64,000 nucleotides of DNA from an uncultured bacterium (GCA_943788175.1 CALSPG010000005.1:192001-256000), one strand, 5' to 3'; shown: positions 19,573 through 29,745, numbered from the stretch's first letter. A program made the numbers and translations. The notes: a model not told the origin generated them from the letters alone.

Positions 19573-22452
19573 TTATAATTCACACTTTAGTTCAAATGTC
19601 ATATTGTCAATATCCATACCGCTTGTAGTTTTTTTATTAATGACATCAATTTTTTTAAAAAGACCAGAATTCTCAACTTGAGTAATGAAGTTTGAAAAGT
19701 ATCTTTCTTTTAATGCCGGGTTAGCGGTGATTGCCCCAGCAACTTTTGCAAAATCTTTATTTTCATCAACAATGGTAATTACTTTTTCAAGCGAATTCCC
19801 AACATGGATCCAGTCTCCACGTTCCCAGCCGCGTTGAAAAGAAATCATATCTAATGTTATTTCTTTTGGCGTATTGTAGCTAAAAAATCGCATGACACTA
19901 ATAGATAAATTGGAAAGTTTCGATTCTTTTAGAAGTACATCGAGCTGTTTCACAATAGTATTCTTTTCAGAGGAAACTTTTTCATATTTATTTTTTATTG
20001 GAGCAATACTTGAAGCTTGAGATCTCATCGAATTGAGCTTCGAGCGCATATCATCATGGTTTACTGATGTCCAACCCGATAAAGAAATAACTCCAAAGAA
20101 AATTGCCGCAGCTGCAGGAATACTAAACTTATTACCCAGTCTAAATTTTTCAGACTCTTTAAACATATCTGGTAGAAGACTTATAGATTTATCAAGATTA
20201 AGAGCGGCCCCAACAGCAGTGGTAAGAGCTGTTTTTGAAAAATCAAAATTTTCTCTCTCTTCTTCATCAGGAAAAAATGCTATATTTTTAAAAGGGTCCA
20301 AATATTCGACGGTTACGTCTAATTGATTGTGCAGGTACTCATCAAGAAACAACACTTCTTCTGCGCAGCCACTTAAGAAAATTTCAGAAATGTTATCAAC
20401 AGGAAAAGATTGCGCCATGCTATTTAACGCTCTTTCAAGCTCTTGATCCCAACCTTCAATTACAGGACGCATTGCATCGTCTTGCGGTTTTTTCTGTTTA
20501 TTTGTAGAATTATCTTTTATTTCAGATTTTAAAATTGACGGAGGGACTCTACAGTAATCTCTTTTATCCCATTTTGCTTTAGATGCGGTAGAACGATATT
20601 TCCATGCATCTGTAAGGTTCTGAATACCAAGGTCTAGTGGAACGATTGCGTCTGGGTACCCTTGATTATAACCTAGTAAAAAACTTTCAATTTCTCCAAT
20701 ATGAAAAATTAAAATGATATCGTGTTTTTTCCCAGGGTAGTTCCAGCGAAATGAATTTAAAACGGTTTGAGCTGCAGGAGGCCAAAAGCGAACATCCCAC
20801 TTTTTTTCTGATAAAGTTTGTGCGGGGGCATCTATGTATTCGGCATTTGCAACACCAATGATGTTTTTGCCCTGCTCTAATTCAACCGAGTCAAAAATAA
20901 TATCATCTGAATTGAAAGGAAGATTTTTTTTCGCATCATACTCAATAATCATCTTCCGCTCTTTTTTATTTTCTTGAGGGACAAGAACAGTTTTTAATAA
21001 GCTTGAAGTATTGTTAATTGTAAAAGCTATCGGTACTCCGGCATGAAGTTTTTTAGTAATACTTCGCGGAACTTTACTTCCTTTTTTTTCAAGCTTTGTT
21101 GTTAATTGTTCATACGCTTTTCCTAAAGCAACAGAAAACCCGGTTGGGTTTCTTTTTGGATCTAACTTTGCTTTAGTTGCAGAAAAAATATCAGCCCCAA
21201 TGAGTGATTTAATACCGCCTTTATCTTGCACTAATGCTGAGTATATATGTCCTTGATCCATTGCAATGCCTAAAAGCAATTTTTCTTTCTTAAGAGCAGG
21301 AGGATTTATGTTTGCAGGATAAGCACCAATGTTCTTTTTTAATCTTTGTTTACGCCGTTGGAACCATTTGCTTTCTTCTTCTTCTTCAACGATTTCCTCT
21401 TCTAATTCGTCATCTTCATCATCTTCATCAGTTTCGCCATATAGATCGCCAATGATATCGTCTTCAGATACTGATTCTCCAATTTTACCGCTACCGCTAT
21501 CTTTTTTCCCGCTCTTTCTTAAAATATCAAAGAGTTTATTTGCGGCAACATCTTTCTTTTCTTCAGGCTCTTCTTCTTTTTCCTCTTTTATGGCTACTAC
21601 TTCTTCAGGCTCTTCTTGATCTATAAGTCCATCAGGCACTTTTCCACCAATTGTATTTTCAACAATTCCGAGGGATACCATCTCAGCTTTCTCACTCATC
21701 ATATTTAGCAGCAGCTGATGGCATAACTTATTAATCTTTCTTGGATAGCCTTGGGTTTGATTATGTATCGCACGAATAGCATCGGTAGTGAAATACTCAC
21801 GGCCACCACCACCTTTTTCAGTTAATCGATGTTTTATTATACCTTCCACAGATTCAAAATCAAGTGGACCAAGTTCAAAATTAAATGTAATTCTGTCTTC
21901 AAAATTTGGATACTCATGAATGATAGAAGTCATTTCAGGTTGGCCAAAAATCACTAATTGAAGCAGTTTGAAATCATCTGTTTCAAAATTTAATAATGTT
22001 CTGAAAACATCTAAAAATTCACCTTTTAAATTTTGACCTTCGTCGATTACTAGGACTAGTACTCGACCATCTTCTACGCCTGCTTTGATAAGATGGTGTT
22101 CAATTTGATTCCTACATTCGATTACAGCTGAGCCGGCATCCTCTTCAATTCCGAATAAGTCTACTAGATGTTGTAAAAGAACTAGTTCAGATTCAAATTT
22201 TGGATCTAGAACTGGATAAAATTCAAATTTGACATCTTCATCTGATGAGAAGTTTTGGATTAGTTTTCTACTTATTGTCGTCTTTCCAGTTCCGATACCT
22301 CCTCTAACGACGGATAATCCTCTGCGCATTCTAATTGCGAGCTCAAGGCCTTCGAGACATTGTTTATGCTCTTTTGCAGGAAAAAATAAATCAGGGTTTG
22401 GGGAGGTTGTAAATGGATCGGCTTTAAGACCAATTGATTCAAATAATTCCAA
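19573..22452 (-). CDS. ExeA/MshM-type AAA ATPase fused to PilM-like and PilN-like domains
   Basis: DPFTTSPNPDLFF, Walker A GGIGTGKTT, Walker B VLVIDEGQNL, TQGYPRKINKLC, then an acidic linker. PilM-like ILIFHIGE, IFLSGC and VEYLDPF...AVGAAL follow, then PilN-like ISLLP, a TM, a coiled coil and TFELKCEL. TTG start. Confidence 0.8.
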   Translation of the reverse strand: MELFESIGLKADPFTTSPNPDLFFPAKEHKQCLEGLELAIRMRRGLSVVRGGIGTGKTTISRKLIQNFSSDEDVKFEFYPVLDPKFESELVLLQHLVDLFGIEEDAGSAVIECRNQIEHHLIKAGVEDGRVLVLVIDEGQNLKGEFLDVFRTLLNFETDDFKLLQLVIFGQPEMTSIIHEYPNFEDRITFNFELGPLDFESVEGIIKHRLTEKGGGGREYFTTDAIRAIHNQTQGYPRKINKLCHQLLLNMMSEKAEMVSLGIVENTIGGKVPDGLIDQEEPEEVVAIKEEKEEEPEEKKDVAANKLFDILRKSGKKDSGSGKIGESVSEDDIIGDLYGETDEDDEDDELEEEIVEEEEESKWFQRRKQRLKKNIGAYPANINPPALKKEKLLLGIAMDQGHIYSALVQDKGGIKSLIGADIFSATKAKLDPKRNPTGFSVALGKAYEQLTTKLEKKGSKVPRSITKKLHAGVPIAFTINNTSSLLKTVLVPQENKKERKMIIEYDAKKNLPFNSDDIIFDSVELEQGKNIIGVANAEYIDAPAQTLSEKKWDVRFWPPAAQTVLNSFRWNYPGKKHDIILIFHIGEIESFLLGYNQGYPDAIVPLDLGIQNLTDAWKYRSTASKAKWDKRDYCRVPPSILKSEIKDNSTNKQKKPQDDAMRPVIEGWDQELERALNSMAQSFPVDNISEIFLSGCAEEVLFLDEYLHNQLDVTVEYLDPFKNIAFFPDEEERENFDFSKTALTTAVGAALNLDKSISLLPDMFKESEKFRLGNKFSIPAAAAIFFGVISLSGWTSVNHDDMRSKLNSMRSQASSIAPIKNKYEKVSSEKNTIVKQLDVLLKESKLSNLSISVMRFFSYNTPKEITLDMISFQRGWERGDWIHVGNSLEKVITIVDENKDFAKVAGAITANPALKERYFSNFITQVENSGLFKKIDVINKKTTSGMDIDNMTFELKCEL

Positions 22453-22473
22453 GGCTAAATTGACCCTTTTATT

Positions 22474-22884
22474 TTAAAAATAACCAATGCTTGAATATAT
22501 CATGAAAGCTCCAGATAAAAGCAAAAAGATACCAAAAGGCACACGATATTTCATAAATGTTGGGTCTGTCATATAGACCCTATTAGCTTGCCTTTCTAGA
22601 GAAAATATTGCTTTTGGAGTTAGCAACAACATCAAGCTGAAAATTAGGGCTAAGACTCCAATGATTATCAAGTATTCTGTAGATTCATTAATTAAAGAAT
22701 AAATAATAAATATAGAGGCAGCAAAAAGACCGACCCCAAACGGCACTCGATACTGCATGAAAGTTGGATCTGTCATGTATATCTTATTAGCTCTTCTTTC
22801 GATAGATAAAATAGTATTTGGGGCAGCTAAAAGTAGGAACCCAAAAAAAACTGAAATACTTCCAATGCTAAGTATGTATATCAT
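22474..22884 (-). CDS. Small 4-TM membrane protein made of two tandem ~60 aa repeats
   Basis: LLLAAPNTILSIERRANKIYMTDPTFMQYRVPFG versus LLLTPKAIFSLERQANRVYMTDPTFMKYRVPFG. Confidence 0.65.
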   Translation of the reverse strand: MIYILSIGSISVFFGFLLLAAPNTILSIERRANKIYMTDPTFMQYRVPFGVGLFAASIFIIYSLINESTEYLIIIGVLALIFSLMLLLTPKAIFSLERQANRVYMTDPTFMKYRVPFGIFLLLSGAFMIYSSIGYF

Positions 22885-22967
22885 AAAATAATTTAGTTAA
22901 AATTTTTCAATTTAAGTTAGCTATAATAGTATTTTATACCTCATAGCAATTTCCATAAAAATAAATA

Positions 22968-23330
22968 TTATTCTAAGCCAAGAATTGAGTTTAATATCAT
23001 CGGATCAACTTGCCCTTGAGCTTGAATAGAAATTGTATTACCATCTATTAATTGATTCATAATTGAAGGCTCCGTTACACACATTTCTATTATTGGGTCT
23101 AATTTTTTTAGAAGGGTTTCTCTTTGGTCGTCTTCAAAATTATGTTTTGTATTTAAATAGTCAAAAACACCATTTATTATTGCCTGCTTTAAACAAAGGT
23201 CTACAGCTTCATAAATACCAACTCCATTACCTTGTGTAAGAGTATGACTACCTTCAACTCTAACTGTAGGGGATTGTGCTGAGACTATGTTTATAATGAT
23301 TAAAGGTATGATAAGTTTAATGTATGTCAT
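22968..23330 (-). CDS. Exported hypothetical protein (weak FlgT-N/LPP20-like pattern)
   Basis: Signal peptide, RBS (aggag), and VRVEG...EAVDLCLKQAIINGV. Confidence 0.5.
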   Translation of the reverse strand: MTYIKLIIPLIIINIVSAQSPTVRVEGSHTLTQGNGVGIYEAVDLCLKQAIINGVFDYLNTKHNFEDDQRETLLKKLDPIIEMCVTEPSIMNQLIDGNTISIQAQGQVDPMILNSILGLE

Positions 23331-23339
23331 AATTACTCC

Positions 23340-25793
23340 TTAGTATTCTAGGTAGCTTCCTGGGATTACGGAACTATTTAATCCAATGTTCTTTCCATAA
23401 AATGAAGGAAGATTTCCTTTTGTTATGCTTGAGCTATTATCCATTGCAACAAGATAGTTAGAAACGATAGAACCTACGATACTTGTATTGTTACTTAGTA
23501 TGAAATTAGAACTATAATTCAATATTGCTCCATTAATACTTGAATTATTTATTGTAAGGGTACCAGAGTTATTTGAATCATTATTAATTATAAGACCTGA
23601 TATATTATTTGAATTAGATATTAGACCTCCATTTTCGATATATATAATTACAGGACCGCTAGAACTATTAAATAAAGATGGCTCTCCCATTGAAACATCA
23701 ATGATTTCAATATCATTTGCAATGAAAGTAACGCCTCCACCAACTGTGCTGTTTTGATTTATAGTTATTTTCCCAGTCGCCACTATAATTCCAGAACCTG
23801 ATATATCTGTATCATTAAAAATTATATTTTGGTTTACTGCAATTTTATTATTCACGCAAATAGATGTATGGTCAGATCCACAATTTGGAGAATTGAGGTT
23901 TAACTGAGTGCCAGAATTAAAAACTAGAGGACCAATTTGTGATTGTGTATGACTTCCAGTATTCCATGTTGCTCCATAGTTTGTCCCATTTTTCCCATTT
24001 CCACTATTATCAGATAGGGATGAGCCAGCACCATCATTGAATTTCCAATAGCCTCTTAAATTATTTTCCGAAATGTAATCTCCTGAATTTGAAGATGCGT
24101 CTAATCCTGCTCCATTATTATACAAAGCTAATATTTCAGAATTTGCTAAAGCCTTATTCCAAACAGCCACTTCATCTATCCCCCCCCGAAAATAGTTTCT
24201 AAAAGAAGATCCATTATTCGTCGTTTCTCCACCGATAAAAAGTTCACTTATTTGAGTATTAAATCCATTCAGTGTCGTTTCTTCCCAAACGCCATTAACA
24301 AATGCTCGAACTTTACTTCCATTATATGTCACAGCAATAAATGACCATTGATCTTTCGGAATGGTTAGATTTGAGGCCCAGTCTTTGCATCCTCCCCAAA
24401 AAAACAACTTTCCTCCGCTTCTTCCAATGGCGAACATTTTCCCTGTGCAATCGCCTGTTCCAGAAGTTAAGATTCCACCACCAGTATTGTGATCATCAGA
24501 AGGTTTGACCCATGCGACAAATGTTCTATTCTCATTAAATTTTGGTAGAGTGGTCGTTGTTGTACTCGTCGTAACAGGAGTCGTCGTCGTTGTCGTTGTC
24601 GACGGGCTAGTTTTTGTCCAGCGGAAGTTATCAAATGCTACATGGTTACCGCTGTTCGAAAAAATAATTTTATCTACATCATAAAAATCACAGGTTAATT
24701 TTTGTCTAGTCGTTTTATAAATAGTGAACGATTTATTATATTTTTGAGAACCATTTTTATAGCCTCTTACGTAAAGAGTTTGGCTATTATACCATGCAGA
24801 TGCACAATAAAAATCTCGGAAATCAAATTCTGAACCATTACTTGATTCAAAATAAACATTTTGCTCATTCCAAGCATTATAGGCAACTTGAGTTCCTGAA
24901 GTTACCGCTGTTTGATATCCAGAGTTACCATACCCAGAACCATTTAATACGTAGAGTCTTCCATGCCAATTCATACCCATGTAACCACTTCCACCTAAAG
25001 AGCCGCTTCTACCCTCAAAAGTAGCTGTGTAATTTGTTGTTGTTCCTGGTATGGTTGTGGTTGTAGTCTCATAAGTGGTTGTGGTTGTGGTATTTGAATA
25101 GATCACTTTTACGTAGTCGTTCCCATCAAAATTTAAAAACTTATTATTTGGGTTATTTCCTGGGTTCGACGAATTGATTTCTACATTATTTTGAGTCCAA
25201 ATGATTTCATCATCATACATGTTATTAAATTGAGGCATACCTTCTTTTATACCTTCCATATTTATCTGAGTACCATTATGGAAAAAGTTTCCATTCTTTT
25301 TTATAAGGTGACCGCCATTTATAATACCACCATCAAAAGATTGGTCGGATATGTTTTCACCATAAAATGCTGGATTGAATCCGCTTGGAAACGAAGAAAG
25401 AAATATTCTGGTTTTTCTTTGGGAATCACTGATTTCAGCATCAGATTTCAGCATCGTATAATGAGAATAGGGTAGAGGATCTCCTATCTCATCAGCTACC
25501 CCATCGTATGAAATAGCATAGTTACCATTATTGAGATTACCAGTTTGTGAAGTAATATTTCTTAAATTTCCAAATTGAAAAATTCCTCGACCCATAGCAG
25601 AATGTGCAAGATTTCTTGTTTTAATATCTAAAGCATGATATAAAGACATATTGTTTTCTTTTACAACTAGCTTCATTAGAAAGAATGTAAAAATACTTAT
25701 AATCACGAAAATACCTAAAGACATAGAAATTAAGATGACACCATCACTTGTTTTTTTTAGAGTATTAAAAGAAATAGTTTTCACCTTACTCAT
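23340..25793 (-). CDS. PilX/GspK-like minor pilin carrying a LamG domain with an inserted extra domain
   Basis: G|VILISMSLG leader without E5, typical of PilX/GspK. LamG motifs LNFDGNDYV, FVAWVKP, WSFIAVTY, FRGGIDEVAVWN, GYWKFNDG. Likely ATG at 25793, overlapping the upstream stop. Confidence 0.75.
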   Translation of the reverse strand: MSKVKTISFNTLKKTSDGVILISMSLGIFVIISIFTFFLMKLVVKENNMSLYHALDIKTRNLAHSAMGRGIFQFGNLRNITSQTGNLNNGNYAISYDGVADEIGDPLPYSHYTMLKSDAEISDSQRKTRIFLSSFPSGFNPAFYGENISDQSFDGGIINGGHLIKKNGNFFHNGTQINMEGIKEGMPQFNNMYDDEIIWTQNNVEINSSNPGNNPNNKFLNFDGNDYVKVIYSNTTTTTTYETTTTTIPGTTTNYTATFEGRSGSLGGSGYMGMNWHGRLYVLNGSGYGNSGYQTAVTSGTQVAYNAWNEQNVYFESSNGSEFDFRDFYCASAWYNSQTLYVRGYKNGSQKYNKSFTIYKTTRQKLTCDFYDVDKIIFSNSGNHVAFDNFRWTKTSPSTTTTTTTPVTTSTTTTTLPKFNENRTFVAWVKPSDDHNTGGGILTSGTGDCTGKMFAIGRSGGKLFFWGGCKDWASNLTIPKDQWSFIAVTYNGSKVRAFVNGVWEETTLNGFNTQISELFIGGETTNNGSSFRNYFRGGIDEVAVWNKALANSEILALYNNGAGLDASSNSGDYISENNLRGYWKFNDGAGSSLSDNSGNGKNGTNYGATWNTGSHTQSQIGPLVFNSGTQLNLNSPNCGSDHTSICVNNKIAVNQNIIFNDTDISGSGIIVATGKITINQNSTVGGGVTFIANDIEIIDVSMGEPSLFNSSSGPVIIYIENGGLISNSNNISGLIINNDSNNSGTLTINNSSINGAILNYSSNFILSNNTSIVGSIVSNYLVAMDNSSSITKGNLPSFYGKNIGLNSSVIPGSYLEY

Positions 25794-26361
25794 GATAGTC
25801 CATTGGTTTCCCAAACTGATAATTATAAGGAGAAATATAACTTTCAAAATTCATTAGATATCCATCACCTGAACTATTAAATAAAATATTTATTTTGTTT
25901 AAAGTAATATTATCAGAGTACAAGTCATCAATAATGAAATTATTTTGAGCATCATAATAGAAAATGTTTGACGAATTAAAGTCTGTAATTGTGGATAAGG
26001 TTTGTGAAGTAGGCTCTAAATTAGGATGTTGATAAATACTAAAACGAAGCTCACTATTACTTAAAAAACTATATTGTAATCGAGTATTATTTGCACTTTT
26101 GATATCAATTGTTTTTGAATTTATAATATTGTCATTAGTAGGCCACGTTTGCAAACTTAGATTCCTATTTAGTTGAAAAAAAGATGATCTTGCCTCAGAG
26201 ACAAATTTTTGTTTTTTTAAAGTCTCTGAATATATTTTTGAAGCATTTGCTAAGATATTTGCAGTAATCCCTCCGAATATACCGATTGCAACCACTGTGA
26301 TAATTAATTCAATAAGAGTAAAGCCTTTTGATGTGATTTTAATATGTTTGTTATTATTCAT
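25786..26361 (-). CDS. Minor pilin, PilW/GspJ-like
   Basis: KG|FTLIELII; position in the fimT-pilV-pilW-pilX gene order. Confidence 0.75.
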   Translation of the reverse strand: MNNNKHIKITSKGFTLIELIITVVAIGIFGGITANILANASKIYSETLKKQKFVSEARSSFFQLNRNLSLQTWPTNDNIINSKTIDIKSANNTRLQYSFLSNSELRFSIYQHPNLEPTSQTLSTITDFNSSNIFYYDAQNNFIIDDLYSDNITLNKINILFNSSGDGYLMNFESYISPYNYQFGKPMDYHE

Positions 26362-26375
26362 TCATCCTTCACTAT

Positions 26376-26786
26376 CTAAATAATATTACTGACAACAAAA
26401 GTATCGCTCAAGATTGGAGCCACCTCTTGAGCTGGTCCATGTCTGATTTCTATAGTGATTAATTTAAAATCTGTTGTCATATTATCGTATATTGTTGTAA
26501 AGGTTTGATCAGTGTGCTTTACACTAACTTTATAAAAATAACCAGGGTTGCTTTCAAATTCTAAAAAGTTATTTATAGAAGCAATAGCAATGAATTGAGT
26601 ATTGCGGATTTGGTTTATTTTACTATTTAAAAGAACGGTCTGAATTGTTTTTACTTCAGATTTAACTTGCATTTTTTTAGTATGGTTTAGAGCCTCGATA
26701 AAAACAATAAAAGCACCGCCGAGAAGCAGAGCGACAACTACAATTTCTACCAAAGCAAAACCGGAAATAGTTTTTTTGATAATCAT
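26376..26786 (-). CDS. Minor pilin, PilV/GspI-like
   Basis: SG|FALVEIVV; ATG at 26786 forms an ATGA overlap with the upstream stop; C-terminal FKLITIEIRH strand. Confidence 0.75.
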   Translation of the reverse strand: MIIKKTISGFALVEIVVVALLLGGAFIVFIEALNHTKKMQVKSEVKTIQTVLLNSKINQIRNTQFIAIASINNFLEFESNPGYFYKVSVKHTDQTFTTIYDNMTTDFKLITIEIRHGPAQEVAPILSDTFVVSNII

Positions 26787-27280
26787 AAATTTTTTATTTC
26801 CCAAAAACCCGTGATTTTTTTCACATGAATTTCTTTATATTGATTTAGTATAATTGTCCCTCCTTGGAGACATGTTCCCCATTTATCAAAAGTTAAAATA
26901 TTTGTACCATTTAAATTCACGGAAGTAATGTCTACACCAGAATTATTGGTTTCGGACAGGCTAACTACACCATTAAGGCTTCCTGGGTAATCAGTAAATA
27001 AATTATTTTCTTCATAAATAGTATATGTCTCATTATTTTGATTAAATACAAATTTTATTTGTTTTCTACGACCCATAGACATGCTTTTTGCTTGGTCAAT
27101 ATCTGAAGTTATTTGATTGGCAGCAGAGTTAATTCTAACATTAACTGTGATGTCGCGTAACCTAGATGAAGAAGCTGCTATGATGATACCTAGAATTATC
27201 ATAACTATAACTAGTTCAATTAAAGAAAAACCTTTTGAGGATAATAATGAAGATTGTTTTGTGTGTTTTATTATTTTCAT
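26783..27280 (-). CDS. Minor pilin, FimT/FimU/GspH-like
   Basis: KG|FSLIELVI; SAANQITSDIDQAKSMSM; LTFDKWGT...GTIIL...TG. Confidence 0.8.
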   Translation of the reverse strand: MKIIKHTKQSSLLSSKGFSLIELVIVMIILGIIIAASSSRLRDITVNVRINSAANQITSDIDQAKSMSMGRRKQIKFVFNQNNETYTIYEENNLFTDYPGSLNGVVSLSETNNSGVDITSVNLNGTNILTFDKWGTCLQGGTIILNQYKEIHVKKITGFWEIKNL

Positions 27281-27320
27281 ACCCTAATTAAATCTAAGGC
27301 TTGATATAAAAAAACAATAG

Positions 27321-27791
27321 TTAGATTGTAAATAAAAGAAATTCACCATAGGATGGACTGTCTGCGTCACTATCCTTAATCAGAATCTTTCTTTTTTGTC
27401 TGCCATCAATTTCTGTATCAATCCAACTGCGATAAACAAAAGGAACATGATTTGAGTTCTTTGGTATTTCACCTGTACCAAATAGTTCATTTGGCGTTTT
27501 AAAATTAATTGAAGAGTCCATTGGCGTATTACACCAAACATCTGTCATTAAACTATCGACAGGGGGAGGAGGGACTTGAGGCGCGCCGATTGCATACGTG
27601 GTATAGTAATGGTTTAAAAATGCTTCTTGAATAATTTTCATATTTGATAAATTTCTACTGACTTGTGATTTATGTTGAAGTTGACTGAACATAGGAACAA
27701 CGGTAACTGCAAGGATACCCATGATCGCTAATACAATCACGAGTTCTATCATAGTAACGCCAGAATTTGATTTTAATTTTTTAAACAACAT
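27321..27791 (-). CDS. Type IV pilin-like protein (array member 19)
   Basis: SG|VTMIELVIVLAIMGILAVTVVPMF. Confidence 0.85.
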   Translation of the reverse strand: MLFKKLKSNSGVTMIELVIVLAIMGILAVTVVPMFSQLQHKSQVSRNLSNMKIIQEAFLNHYYTTYAIGAPQVPPPPVDSLMTDVWCNTPMDSSINFKTPNELFGTGEIPKNSNHVPFVYRSWIDTEIDGRQKRKILIKDSDADSPSYGEFLLFTI

Positions 27792-27808
27792 TTACTCCAA
27801 AAATTACA

Positions 27809-27836
27809 AAGGCTTCGCTATTATTAACGAAGCCTT
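27809..27836 (-). terminator. Hairpin, probably a weak terminator or attenuator after pilin unit 4
   Basis: AAGGCTTCG-N10-CGAAGCCTT, with only a short U-tract on the minus strand. Confidence 0.55.
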
Positions 27837-27871
27837 AAATGATAATATCAATAAAATTGAATTTTTATTTA

Positions 27872-28366
27872 TTATTGAAAACGTACTTCAGACCCCGCTG
27901 TACCAAGCTCGGTTCTAATATAAAGAGTACCGGTTACATCTTTGTCTGTTCCGTGATTAATACCCGCATTGTAAGACCACTGCCATCTTGTGTTGTCAGC
28001 TCTCTGATGCGTAATCCTTCCAGAAACGCCTCCAGAATTTTCATCGCCAGAATACCAATTTACAAATGTCCACTCATTATCAGTATCGCTGTCGTTACCG
28101 TCAGTGGTATACGTCTGAGGTAACGTTTCTAAAGCTTCGAATGGGTTTTCCGGCCAGTATCGTCTTCCTTTAGTTAGCATTTTATGCTGAGCATAATTCT
28201 CAAGAGCAGCACAGAGTTTATCTATTACAGCATCTTCTGCTGTGATCTCAGATTTTTGTATGGTTTCTAAGTATCTTGGAATAGCCACTGCAGACAAAAT
28301 ACCCAAGATGATCATAACCATTATTAATTCAATTAAGGTAAAACCATTTTTATTATTTTTCTTCAT
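27872..28366 (-). CDS. Type IV pilin (class C, YLETIQKSE)
   Basis: NG|FTLIELIMVMIILGILSAVAIPRY; WPENPF; HQRADN. Confidence 0.9.
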   Translation of the reverse strand: MKKNNKNGFTLIELIMVMIILGILSAVAIPRYLETIQKSEITAEDAVIDKLCAALENYAQHKMLTKGRRYWPENPFEALETLPQTYTTDGNDSDTDNEWTFVNWYSGDENSGGVSGRITHQRADNTRWQWSYNAGINHGTDKDVTGTLYIRTELGTAGSEVRFQ

Positions 28367-28394
28367 GATAATAATTCCTTATTTATAAATATTT

Positions 28395-28877
28395 CTAATT
28401 ACCGCCAGTACCATTCACTCTATGAACGATGTTGATAGGACCAAATGGAGCGCCATTATGTTCAATTTTTCCATCGTTAGGATTGTATTTCCAAACCGCA
28501 ATGCTATCAGATTTTCTTAAATGGGCTATTGCAAGGTTGTAGGTAGGGTTGTTTCCTTCGCCTGTAAAAATCCAGTCCCTATCTTTCATTTGAGATAGTA
28601 CAAAAAGGTCAGCATCATAATCTGGTGGAAGTTTAGATAGTGCTACGAATGGATTTTCTGGCCAGGAACGAACACCGTTCGCAATGTATTGCTCACGAGC
28701 ATAGGTCTCCAAACCATCATAGATAGTATTCAATATTCGTTGTTCTACAGCAACTTCACTTTCAATTACAATATCTTGAAACCGTGGAATAGCGACTGCC
28801 GCTAAAACTCCGATTATGATCATGACCATGATAAGCTCTATTATCGTAAATCCGTTTTTATTTTTCATATGTTGCAT
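28395..28877 (-). CDS. Type IV pilin (class E)
   Basis: NG|FTIIELIMV...IPRF; WPENPF. Confidence 0.9.
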   Translation of the reverse strand: MQHMKNKNGFTIIELIMVMIIIGVLAAVAIPRFQDIVIESEVAVEQRILNTIYDGLETYAREQYIANGVRSWPENPFVALSKLPPDYDADLFVLSQMKDRDWIFTGEGNNPTYNLAIAHLRKSDSIAVWKYNPNDGKIEHNGAPFGPINIVHRVNGTGGN

Positions 28878-28906
28878 TTAATTGCCTCATTCTTATTTTG
28901 TTAAAT

Positions 28907-29326
28907 TTAATTTATTTCCCCGTTACTAGAGTTATAGCTCCAAAAATAACTTGTGCCATTTCTCCTATGATAAACTTTATCTGCTGAAAACCACCATGCA
29001 TCTTCTTGACCAGAATCAGTACCATTTGTGTAACCTGATGGCGTTTTCTCTAACTCGTTAAAAGGATTCGAAGGATATGTTTTATACCCTGTTAATAAAA
29101 CATTGTCCAATGCTTTGATCTCCGCAGCAGATTCTAGCTGGGCAAGTATAGCATTTTCAGCAGCTTCAGCGGATTGAGATATAATGTTACCCATTTTTGG
29201 TACTGCGACTGCTGCCATAATTCCTAGGATAACCATTACAATAATTAGCTCAACTAGCGTAAAACCTTCACGCAATTTTTTTGATGCGACCATTTTAAAA
29301 CTTTCTTTTTGTTGTAATAAATTCAT
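28907..29326 (-). CDS. Type IV pilin (class D)
   Basis: EG|FTLVELIIV...VPKMGN; YPSNPF. Confidence 0.9.
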   Translation of the reverse strand: MNLLQQKESFKMVASKKLREGFTLVELIIVMVILGIMAAVAVPKMGNIISQSAEAAENAILAQLESAAEIKALDNVLLTGYKTYPSNPFNELEKTPSGYTNGTDSGQEDAWWFSADKVYHRRNGTSYFWSYNSSNGEIN

Positions 29327-29343
29327 AAAAATCTCTATCGAGT

Positions 29344-29745
29344 TTAGTAATCAACTCTAGCTCCAAATAAACCAGTGCTTACATCATAATACCATTTGTG
29401 CCGAGTGTTGTCATTTCTTTGGTGAGCAATGTAATTATCAGATGTAAATATCCATTCACCATCTGCATCAAGGTAGCCATCATTCGTGTAACCTTCTGGC
29501 AATTTATCAAGCTCGTCAAAAGGATTGTACGGATAGCTTTTATTTGAGTTTTTGACCACTTGGTCCATTGCATAGACTTCAACAGCAGTTCGAAGAGAAG
29601 CTAAAACCGTATTTTCAGCAGCTTCTTCAGACGATGCAATTGTGTTACCCATTCTAGGGACAGCAACTGCTGCTAAAATTCCAAGTACTACCATGATGAT
29701 TACTAATTCAATCAGTGTGAATCCTTCGTTAAACAATTTTTTCAT
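29344..29745 (-). CDS. Type IV pilin (class D)
   Basis: EG|FTLIELVII...VPRMGNT; TGATG overlap with the upstream pilin. Confidence 0.9.
   Translation of the reverse strand: MKKLFNEGFTLIELVIIMVVLGILAAVAVPRMGNTIASSEEAAENTVLASLRTAVEVYAMDQVVKNSNKSYPYNPFDELDKLPEGYTNDGYLDADGEWIFTSDNYIAHQRNDNTRHKWYYDVSTGLFGARVDY

Noticed and set aside
24550-25092. Microsatellite or contingency repeats (gtc/gtt runs)
   Set aside because: They are mixed Thr codons in frame and are explained by protein linkers.
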